DNA of 36,314 nt from Nemertoderma westbladi (taxonomy: Eukaryota > Animalia > Xenacoelomorpha), in the NCBI GenBank assembly GCA_032718475.1, contig JAUCBJ010009111.1:1-36314 (forward strand), given 5' to 3'. The position numbers were made by a program, and so were the translations under genes. Positions within the stretch are counted from its first letter, which is position 1. Every line of letters starts with the position of its first letter. The notes below the pieces were generated by a model, which was not told where the DNA came from, did not search any database, and saw only the letters and a program-made list of their open reading frames with translations. Below, piece after piece: positions 20,944-31,700 of this stretch.

Positions 20944-21048
20944 TTATAACTTTTATGAATTTATCTCAACTTGTCACCACTTACAATATCTATGAAATCG
21001 CATGAAATTACATTTAAAATAATAATTTAAAATAACTAACAAACTTAC

Positions 21049-21078
21049 ATTAATGGCTCCACATTGTCCATCATTTGC
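21049..21078 (-). CDS. FReD gene exon 2 (30-nt micro-exon ANDGQCGAIN)
   Basis: TTACAG| ... |GTAAGT consensus sites, phase 0. Confidence 0.7.
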
Positions 21079-21177
21079 CTGTAATAATAAATAAATTATA
21101 AATAGCTCTGCCGTACAATGTAAAAAGACCATAAGTCGCATTTTTTTCAAAATTCATTTTTCTGGTTAAGGTTGGTT

Positions 21178-21752
21178 GGAGCAGGTTAAGGCCGGATTTT
21201 CTAACCAAAACAATAAACAGTCACTTTACCAATTGAAGGAAAGGAGCAGGTTACAGAGGTTAGCCTTTCTAACCAAAACAATAAACGGTCACTTTACCAA
21301 ATTAGGGAAAGGAGCAGGTTACAGAGGCAGGATTTTCTAATCAAAACAATAAACAATCTCTTAACTAATTGAGGGAAAGGAGCAGGTTACAGAGGCGGGA
21401 TTTTCTAACCAAAACAATAAACGATCACTTAACTAATTGAGGGAAAGGAGCAGGTTACAGAGGCGGGATTTTCTAACCAAAACAATAAACGATAACATTA
21501 CCAATTGAGAGAAAGGAGAAGGTTACAGAGGCGGGATTTCCTAACCAAAACAATAAACGATCTCTTAACTAATTGAGGGAAAGGAGCAGGTTACAGAAGC
21601 GGGATTTTCTAACCAAAACAATAAACGATCACTTAACTAATCGAGGGAAAGGAGCAGGTTACAGAGGCAGGATTTTCTAACCAAAACAATAAACGATCAC
21701 TTAACTAATTGAGGGAAAGGAGCATGTTGCAGAGGCGGGATTTTCTAACCAA
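21178..21752. repeat. 68-bp intronic minisatellite, about 8.5 copies
   Basis: GGAGCAGGTTAC recurs at 21243, 21311, 21379 and onward. Confidence 0.93.
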
Positions 21753-22905
21753 CGGTAACGGTATCAAATGGAAACGGTAACGGGGTATAACATGTATAAG
21801 TAGTTTTTTCGAGTACGTATGAGTTTATGAACTGATCTTTGCTGTTGGAAGTAGTGGTGCCGCTATCAGTAACACTACACAGACAGTAGTCATGATCTAT
21901 TATAAAACTGATAAATTATGTATGTGAAACTGAAAGGTATATCCACATTTTCCACAATCCAGTTTGGCCTATCAATTATTTAAAATTTATTAGCACAACC
22001 GGTCAGCCGGTAGGCCTACCAATACCGTATTCTAATGGTAAGGCTACACAGTAGGCCTACAGCAGTACCGGTGCCGGTACCGGTACTAAAATACCTAAAA
22101 TACCTGCTTAATACCTACATCTGTACAAACAATACAGCAATGATACTGCAAAATAGTGCTCTATATACTAATACCGATACTGATAGCAGCCTGGGAGAAC
22201 AGCAGTAGAGAAACCGGTAGCATGGAACCTAATGGTAAATTTCTGGAGGACATAAAAAGTAAAAAAAAAGGACATCATGAGTGATTTAAACGGATAATAA
22301 AAATTATTGCGGTAGAAAATGTTGAAAAATCCACCACATATTACAATATTACAAGAAAACTGATATGAGTTGGGGTACAATTGGTGTGGGGACAACGGGA
22401 CAACAAATGTGGACATGGGAATAAGACGTGGCCAGGGAAACAGACGTGGACAGACGGATATCCAACGCGACATGGGGAGACCAAATGGTGGTGACGGGGA
22501 TAACCTATACGGACAACTAGACAACTAAAAAGGACAACTGGACAACCAAAATATGGATATCCGGACACATCAGACTGGGGGAGGCCATAATAATAGCAAA
22601 CCAGTCTGCAATACTGGGACAAAAACCAAAATAAATGTGAACTGAATAACTAACAGACAGTTTGTGAGACAGTCAAACAGCTGTTGGCTACAGTCATGTA
22701 TGCGTTGTCACTCTCTCTAGGATGCTAACCATTTAAATAAAATTTCTGTTTGTGGAATAATTCTGTGAGAAAACATTTTTTTTTGTTTTGATGAATAAAT
22801 CTAACATCCTTAATAAAGGGTTTCTTTTTTCACGTGAGCAAATCATTAAATGAATAATTCAGATAACAACGCTAAATGAATACTTTATGCATTAAATAAA
22901 CTTAC

Positions 22906-22962
22906 CTGGAGTAGGAAAAGAGCTGACAGCAGAGGAAATAGTTTAAGACTTACGGGTAACAT
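22906..22962 (-). CDS. FReD gene exon 1 (signal peptide MLPVSLKLFPLLSALFLLQ)
   Basis: AAAATG start context, hydrophobic leader, CAG|GTAAGT donor. Confidence 0.78.
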
Positions 22963-23046
22963 TTTTACAGTATTTGTAAATAACTTTGTAACTAAAGTTA
23001 TGATAATTTTCTGATAGAGAATGGTTTTAATGCCTAAAACTCCTCC

Positions 23047-23054
23047 TATTTATA
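23047..23054 (-). promoter_or_regulatory. TATA box of the FReD gene
   Basis: TATAAATA on the minus strand about 85 bp upstream of the ATG; conserved in copy A (7793-7800). Confidence 0.55.
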
Positions 23055-23181
23055 CACTTTTGACAAAGGCAATTACTTATGCAATGAATAAAGTCTCATA
23101 AAAGGCAATCAAAGGCGGCAAGTATTAAGACCTTTATAGAACAATTATTAGTAACTACCTTTAGTATAGATACCATTGTGT

Positions 23182-24439
23182 GTGGGGCGAGCCACGAAGT
23201 TGGCGGAGCCTTAGCGAATTGACACTGTTAGGGGGTGGGTCAATTTATGCAAATAGTTGTCGTCGTCGTCGTCGTCGTTGTCGTCGTCGTCGTCGTCGTT
23301 GTCGTCGTCGTTACGATTTTGACATGCTAATAACTTTGTCGGATTTAAAGCTGCCAAGTTGAAAATTTGTAGGTATCAATATGAGCAAAAGTTGAGATTT
23401 TTGAGAGACTTTCAGACACCATCAGTGCAATGGTCTCCCGCTAGAGGGCCACATGTCTAAACATTAAATGGCCACCCATTTCTTTGCTTTTAATCCGTTT
23501 AAGCTGAAACTTGGGAAGTATGTACTAGACCATTAGCTGTAAATTTCAAAGGAGGCTAATCTGTCTGCAGTTCTCCAGTCTGCCGCTAGAGGGCGAAATG
23601 TCCCGAATGTGAAATTATTCTTCCATTTAGTTGTTTATGATCTGATTACGCTGAAACTTGTCATATATGTACTAGATGACATCCTGAGTCTTTGTGTGGA
23701 TTGTAATCGGTCCGAAGTTTTCCAGTCTCCCGCTAGAGGGCCACATGTCTAAACATTAAATGGCCACCCATTTCTTTGCTTTTAATCCGTTTAAGCTGAA
23801 ACTTGAGAAGTATGTACTAGACCATTAGCTGTAAATTTCAAAGGAGGCTAATCTGTCTGCAGTTCTCCAGTCTGCCGCTAGAGGGCGAAATGTCCCGAAT
23901 GTGAAATTATTCTTCCATTTAGTTGTTTATGATCTGATTACGCTGAAACTTGTCATATATGTACTAGAAGACATCCTAAGTATTTGTGTGGACAGTAATC
24001 GGTCCGGAGTTTTCGAGTCTGCCGCTAGAGGGCGAAATGTAGGAAAGTGATAACCTTCGCGAATTCCTTGATCTTAATCTATTTAAGCTGAATTTTGGAA
24101 TATACAGTACCGGTATGTACTAGACCACATGCCTCGTCTTTGTGAGGAAGGTGATCGATCCGTAGTTCTTTAATATGCCGCTAGAGGGCTAAATGTATGA
24201 AAGTGAAAACCTTCCAACATTTCGTTATTTATGATCCGTCAATCGGAAACTTGGTAGATATGTAATAGACCATAGGCTGTGGCTTTGTAGGGAAACTAAT
24301 CCTTCCTTCTTCAGTTACCCAGTCTCCCGCTAGAGGGTTAACGTTTTCCGGGAAAATCTTCTCCTATGTTTTTATAATCCTTTCGAGTTGATACTTAGCA
24401 TTAACTCATTTCACGTGCTGCGCGAAGGCCCCACTTCGT
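23182..24439. mobile_element. Non-autonomous element with short terminal IRs, (GTC)n microsatellite and about 146-bp tandem repeats (Helentron/HINE-like organisation)
   Basis: Absent from copy A (empty site CATTGTGTGTTAGTT at 7921). Ends GTGGGGC...GCCCCAC and ACGAAGT/ACTTCGT; (GTC/GTT)n at 23256-23312; repeat units 23430-24340. Confidence 0.8.
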
Positions 24440-24476
24440 GTTAGTTATCACTTTAAATTACATTCTTATACAGAAA

Positions 24477-25355
24477 GACTGCTGCCGCCTGGCTACCAGT
24501 TGCAGACTGCGGGCTTCTGGATACCAGTTAAAGGCAGACTGCTCGCGCCTGGCTACCAGATACATTCAGACTGCTGGCGCCTGGCTACCAGTTACAGGCA
24601 GACTGCTGTCGCCTGGCTACCAAATACAGACAAACTGCTGGCGCCTGGCTACCAGATACAGACAGACTGCTGGCGCCTGGCTACCAGTTTCAGACAGACT
24701 GCGGGCGTCTGGATACCAGTTAAAGGCAGACTGCTGGCGCCTGGCTACCAGTTACAGGCAGACGGCTGGCGCCTGGCTACCAGTTACAGACAGACTGCGG
24801 CCGTCAGGATACCAGTTACAGGCAGACTTCTGCTTGCGTCTGGCTACCAGATACAGACAAACTGCTGGCGCCTGGCTACCAGTTACAGACAGACTGCTAG
24901 CGCCTGGCTACCAGTTACAGACAGACTGCGGCCGTCAGGATACCAGTTACAGGCAGACTCTGCTAGCGTCTGGCTACCAGTTACAGGCAGACTGCTGGCG
25001 CCTGGCTATGGCTACCAGTTACAGACAGACTGCGGCCGTCAGGATACCAGTTACAGGCAGACTCTGCTAGCGTCTGGCAACCAGTTACAGGCAGACTGCT
25101 GGCGCCTGGCTATGGCTACCAGTTACAGGCAGACTTCGGGTATCTGAATACCAGATACAGGCAGACTGCTAGCGCCTGCCTCCCAGATACAGTGATACAG
25201 ATAGACTGCTGGCGCCTGGCTACCAGTTACAGACAGAATGCGGGCGTCTGGATACCAGTTAACAGGCAGACTGCTAGCGCTTGGCTACCATAGGCAACTG
25301 CTAACGCCTGGCGACCAGTTACAGACAGACTGCGGGCGCCTGGCGACCACTCTTA
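24477..25355. repeat. About 32-bp minisatellite, copy B
   Basis: Same unit as 7966-8797 with a different variant order. Confidence 0.92.
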
Positions 25356-25454
25356 CATACAGGTACTGTACGTCGCAGCGCAGTGGTTACATTGCGTTTC
25401 AGCAACTATCACGTTCGGCAAGAGTCGTAATTCGGAAATAAAGTTACGTTTCAG

Positions 25455-25772
25455 TAAAACAGCAGAGCACATTACACCAGTGTTGCGTGATCTTCATTGG
25501 CTGCCTATTCTGCGCCGAATTGATAATAAATTTGCACTATTGACATAAGTGTGCCTTAATACAGTAATATGGGTCCGGCCTATCTTACTGATCTCTTGCT
25601 TCCACACTATCAACCACGCCCACTGCGCTCCAATGACCAGAGTCTCCCCATCATCCCACGATTTAACCTAGAGAGCTACTGTAATCGATATTTCGCTGTA
25701 GCTGCGCCCAATATTTGGAATTATCTTCCACTCGGAGTCCGCCTTACGCCCACTGTTGCGAGTTCTAAGTTT
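25455..25772 (+). mobile_element. L2/CR1-group LINE 3' fragment, copy B
   Basis: Paralogous to 8895-9220. Confidence 0.85.
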
Positions 25773-25911
25773 ACATGTACTGTACAAAATTCAATATAAT
25801 TATTGGGGTCACAATATTTCATGACCTCTCCTACTTTTTATACTCTATCCAAATGTATCGGGGTCACAACTTTTACTTTAACACTTTTTTTTTATTTGAC
25901 TTTTATTATTT

Positions 25912-28416
25912 AGGCAACGCCAAGGGCCGTTTGGGTTAAAATGACCCATTATAGTTTTACTCATAATAATTGTGCAAAGTCGAATTATGTAAACACGTCA
26001 ATTTTCCAAGTCAGGGCGATGCTTAATCAACATTGAAAAGTCAATTCATCTGTTTGTATGTGTGATTGTATGTCGGTGCGTGTGTGTGTATGTGTAATTT
26101 GGAAACATGGAAATATTGTCCATGAACCATATTTCCTGTATGGAAGGAACGTCTTAATTAGGCCCTACAAACTGCAAAGTGTAGGCCTAGTCAGTGGTAA
26201 TGTAGCGCTAGGTCTAAATCGGTCCTAATTCTCAATTAAATTATTCCTAACTCTCTCGTTTAAATTTTGGTTCCTTTCAACTCGTCTATGTAAGCTGTGT
26301 AAAGTGTAGGACTTAAAAAGCTACAGTAACGCTTTCAAATAACGTCCTATTGGATCCTAATAGGATCCTAATAGGAACCTAATAGGAAATAAATAACCTT
26401 TAGAAAATCACTTGGAATTTGCCTAAAGTAAGTCTACCTAGAGTGGCTAAATATCAAAGCTTAGAAGTGTCTGTCAATCAACCTCCCGGGATAGCTGAAA
26501 GTAGTAAAGAGAGCCGCTTTGTCTAGTGGTTGAGTTGTATTTCCCTTCCCCTGACTTGTCTTACAACAACAATACTCCCCATAGGCTAATGTTAAATATG
26601 CAAAGAACACACTACTGGCTTTAACTCAACATCTGGACACATTAACTACCATATGGTAAAGGTATCGCCGCTTGTGTGAAATAGGCCCGCCAACACGTTG
26701 AGTGAGCCTCAACAAGTAGTTGGGCTGCTAAGGCGTAATCTGATTGTATTCGGATGTCAAACTTTTAATAATTTTATTTAAATTATTGTGCGAACTTTTT
26801 AGATCTGGCAATTTTACCATTTCCATGGTAAAATAAATATAATTTATAATTAATACTAATATCAATATGCCAAGAGGTTAAGTTTGTAGAACTAATAAAT
26901 GAAAATAAACTAATATTTGTTCTATTAATAATTACACAAATATTGTGTTTTACTGTGTTTTACTATAAATACAGTGTGTGATCCTAAATTTATTTGTAAG
27001 TTCAATACGATTTTAAATTATTCCAGAGCCTACCAGCCCACGGCACGTTAACTATGTGCGGATGTGTGTGGATTTCATCTATTAGAGTTTATATTTTAAA
27101 TATTATTTACGTCAGACTGTCAGAGGCTGGCAATACAAGGTACAGTAGGAGTGTAATCTTCCATCGACAACCATACCTCAATTTAATGAACTGAACACTA
27201 CGCAAACTTTATGCTGAGTCTAGTCCATTCTATACAACTTAATGATTGACAGGATAGAGATGAAGTGGACCAGCACAAGCATAGTCTTGTCAGTCCACCT
27301 TCCAGACATCAAAGTAAGCGCCGATTTCCAATTAAGTTCCTAATGAAATCCAAGTAAAATCCTAAGTGCCTCCAAGTCTGGAATTTGGGCTAAATTTCAT
27401 TTACAATTAAATCCTAACTCCTATAGTAGTGAATCAGTGACTTGGATCCTAATAGGATCCTATTAGGATCCTATTAGGATCCAATACGACATTATTTGAA
27501 AGCGGTACTGTACCAGGCCACCAGGACCTAAAGCTACCGGGACTGGCTGACTCGTATCTGGCTGTCTGGCTATAATAGCCATAAATATATCATCTAGCTA
27601 TCTAGGCCTACCGCCTATTGGCAACCAGTAGTCATTCTGTCTGTCATTAGCCTATAGGCCTATAAATTAATAAATTGGGCTAATATATAAAAGTTGTGCT
27701 TGAAATGGAAACATTTTTGAGAATCTCTTTTGTGGACAATATGTAGCCGGCTGGCAGCCTGGTTGCGTTAAGTCCACACAACTGTATACTTTAGGCAGTT
27801 ACTGAGTTAGGTCAGTAGCAGTAAGTCATCAGGTCACATAGCGTTTAGGTCCCATAGCTTTAGGTCCTCGGTTTTTGTGTCACTCGCTTCGCTCATTAAT
27901 CAATAAATCAATCACTAAATAGTCTGAGTAGTTACGTGAATGATATTATGAAACTCATCTTATACACAGGCTTGTTCAGGTGGAGTTGTCAACATTTCTA
28001 TGTACGTACATACAATAGTACACTGTACAGTAACGCGTACAGATTGTACCAGATACCGTCAGTATCGTAACAGTACAGATTGGCGCGGTACTCTTTCAAA
28101 TTTTACCTGGCGTGGGCGATTTTCATAATTCAGTAGCCGGTAATGGGTCTGGACCTGGTGCACTACATACAGTACATATCTGATCAAAATGAGAAACTCT
28201 CGTTTCATTGTGTCACTCGCTACGCTCGTTATTGAAACCAAATCGGATGTAAATAGCATAAGTAACTGGGCCGTAAGTTGCAAATCAGTTTCCACACTGA
28301 TAATGCCTCACTTTTGGTCATTTTGAATGATATATTTATCAATAATATACTGTACTGTGGGTCAATTTGACCCAAACGGTCCTTGGTGTAACCTGAATCA
28401 AACGGTCTTTGGTGGG
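25912..28416. mobile_element. Non-autonomous TIR element, copy B
   Basis: Paralogous to 9361-11922. Confidence 0.6.
26324..27510. mobile_element. Tc1/mariner-type MITE, copy B
   Basis: TA|CAGTAACG...CGGTACTG|TA. Confidence 0.85.
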
Positions 28417-28755
28417 TTAATGAAGACACACATCTTTAAAGTTAAACTACATTATGGATGGACGCTAATGGAGATTATTTTTTTCCATCAATTATTTAAT
28501 TATTTAACGAGCAATTTCTTGAATTTTATTACACATTTTGTAAATAGGTAATACTGTACATTGTAATAGCCTCAATTATTTTATTAGTATTGTTTTGTTT
28601 TGGTCTGTTTTATTTGAGTGATGATACTGTATGTGTCTTGTTTTTTAACTATCGCATATTGCGCCTTTGAACAGAACGTAAAAGTGAAGTTGCGCCTCGG
28701 CAAAAGATAAAGATAAATAATATATGTTTTATTTATCGATGTCGTTGCCTTTCGT

Positions 28756-31700
28756 CAGCCTCAGCCCAATCCAACTGCTCCTCCCTATGCCACACGCAGT
28801 GGCTCCAGCTCCACTTTTCCATCAGCCTCAGCCCAATCCAACTGCTCCTCCCTATAACACCCGCTCTGGCTCAGCTCCACCCTTCCACCAGCCTCAGCCC
28901 AATCCAACTGATCCTCTCTATACCACCCGCTGTGGCTCCTGCTCCACCCTTCCACCAGCCTCAGCCCAATCCAACTGCTCCTCCCTATAACACCCGATGT
29001 GGCTCCAGCTCCACCCTTCCATCAGCCTCAGCCCAATCCAACTGCTCCTCCCTAGAACACCCGCTGTGGCTCAGCTCTACCCTTCCACCAGCCTCAGCCC
29101 AATCCAACTGATTCTTCCTATACCACCCGCTGTAGCTCCAGTTCCACCCTTCCACCAGCCTCAGCCCTATCCAATTGCTCCTCCCTATAACACCCGCTGT
29201 TGCTCAGCTCCACCCTTCCACCAGCCTCAGCCCAATCCAACTGATCCTCCCTACCACCAGCTGTAGCTACAGCTCCACCCTTCCACCAGCCGCAGCCCAA
29301 TCCAACTGCCCCTCCCTATAACACCCGCTGTGGCTCAGCTCCACGCTTCCACCAGCCTCAGCCCTATCCAACTGCTCCTCCCTATAACACCCGCTGTGGC
29401 TCAGCTCTACCCTTCCACCAGCCTCAGCCCAATCCAACTGATTCTTCCTATACCACTCGCTGTAGCTCCAGCTCCACCAGCCTCAGCCCTATTCAACTGC
29501 TCCTCCCTATACCACCCGCTGTGGATCCAGCTCCACCATTCCACCAGCCACAGCCCAATCCAACTGATCCTCCCTATACCACCCGCTGTAGCTCCAGCTA
29601 CACCCTTCCACCAGCCTCAGCCCTATCCAACTGCTCCTCCCTATACCACCCGCTGTGGATCCAGCTCCACCCTTCCACCAGCCTCAGCCCAATCCAACTG
29701 ATCCTCCCTATACCACCCGCTGTAGCTCCAGCTCCACCCTTCCACCAGCCTCAGCCCTATCCAATTGCTTCTCCCTATAACACCCGCTGTTGCTCAGCTC
29801 CACCCTTCCACCAGCCTCAGCCCAATCCAACTGATCCTCCCTACCACCAGCTGTAGCTACAGCCCCACCCTTCCACCAGCCGCAGCCCAAAACAACTGCT
29901 CCTCCCTATAACACCCGCTGTGGCTCAGCTCCACCCTTCCACCAGCCTCAGCCCTATCCAACTGCTCCTCCCTATACCACCCGCTGTGGATCCAGCTCCA
30001 CCCTTTCACCAGCCTCAGCCCTATCCAACTGTTCCTCCCAATACCACCCACTGTGGATCCAGCTCCACCCTTCCACCAGCCTCAGCCCAATCCAACTGAT
30101 CCTCCCTACCACCAGCTGTAGCTACAGCTCCACCCTTCCACCAGCCGCAGCCCAAAACAACTGCTCCTCCCTATAACACCCGCTGTGGCTCCAGCTCCAC
30201 CATTCTACCAGCCTCAGCCCAATCCAACTGCTCCTCCCTATAACACCCGCTGTGGCTCCAGCTCCACCCTTCCACCAGCCTCAGCCCAATCCAACTGCTC
30301 CTCCCTATAACACCCGCTGTGGCTCCAGCTCCACCATTCTACCAGCCTCAGCCCAATCCAACTGCTCCTCCCTATGCCACACGTAGTGGCGCCAGCTCCA
30401 CTTTTCCATCAGCCTCAGCCCAATCCAACTGCTCCTCCCTATAACACCCGCTGTGGCTCAGCTCCACCCTTCCACCAGCCTCAGCCCAATCCAAGTAATC
30501 CTATCTATACCACCCGCTGTGGCTCCAGCTCCACCCTTCCACCAGCCTCAGCCCAATCCAACTGATCCTCCCTACCACCAGCAGTAGCTATAGCTCCACC
30601 CTTCCACCAGCCGCAGCCCAATCCAACTGCTCCTCCTTATACCACCCGCTGTGGCGCCAGCTCCACCTTTCCACCAGCCTCAGCCCAATCCAACTGCTCC
30701 TCCCTATAACACCCGCTGTGGCTCCAGCTCCACCCTTCCACCAGCCTCAGCCCAATCCAACTGATCCTCCCTACCACCAGCTGTAGCTATAGCTCCACCC
30801 TTCCACCAGCCGCAGCCCAATCCAACTGCTCCTCCTTATACCACCCGCTGTGGCGCCAGCTCCACCTTTCCACCAGCCTCAGCCCAATCCAACTGCTCCT
30901 CCCTATAACACCGCTGTGGCTCCAGCTCCACCCTTCCACCAGCCTCAGCCCAATCCAACTGCTCCTCCCTATAACACCCGCTATGGCTCCAGCTCCACCA
31001 TTCTACCAGCCTCAGCCCAATCCAACTGCTCCTCCCTATGCCACACGCAGTGGCGCCAGCTCCACTTTTCCATCAGCCTCAGCCCAATCCAACTGCTCCT
31101 CCCTATAACACCCGCTGTGGCTCAGCTCCACCCTTCCACCAGCCTCAGCCCAATCCAACTAATCCTCTCTATACCACCCGCTGTAGCTCCAGCTCCACCC
31201 TTCCACCAAACTCAGCCCTATCCAACTGCTCCTCCATATACCACCCACTGTGGCTGCAGCTCCACCCTCCACCAGCCTCAGCTCAATCCAACTGCTCCTC
31301 CCTATACCACCCGCTGTGGCTCCAGCTCCACCCTTCCACCAGACTCAGCCCAATCCAACTGCTCCTCCCTATACCACCCGCTGTGGCTCCAGCTCCACCC
31401 TTCCACCAGCCTCAGCCCAATCCAACTGCTCCTCCCTGTACCACCCGCTGTGGCTCCAGCTCCACCCTACCACCAGCCTCAGCCCAATCCAACTGCCCCT
31501 CCCTATACCACCCGCTGTGGCTGCAGCTCCACCCTCCCACCAGCCTCAGCCCAAACCAACTGCTCCTCCCTATACCACCCGCTGTGGCTCCAGCTCCACC
31601 CTTCCATCAGCCTCAGCCCAATCCAACTGCTCCCCCCTATACCACCCGCTGTGGCTCCAGCTCCACCCTTCCACCAGCCTCAGCCCAATCCAACTGCTCT

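Larger units (their letters stand above)
18927..22962 (-). pseudogene. Secreted coiled-coil + fibrinogen-related domain gene (angiopoietin-like/FReD architecture); 6 coding exons, premature TAG at 19466-19464
   Basis: Exons 22962-22906, 21078-21049, 20699-20574, 20451-20335, 20212-20087 and 19559-18927, all with GT-AG phase-0 junctions; 362 codons plus stop. FReD motifs QRVDGSVDFYRNWDEYVEGFG, FWLGLE, FTTKDRDND, NCA, WWYESCTWSNLNG, EMKI. Confidence 0.85.

Noticed and set aside
21827-21893. Alternative hydrophobic first exon (MTTVCVVLLIAAPLL) on the minus strand
   Set aside because: Runs into a stop after 22 codons with no convincing splice donor.
23180-23362. Protamine-like Arg-rich ORF
   Set aside because: Translation of the (GTC)n microsatellite inside the inserted element.
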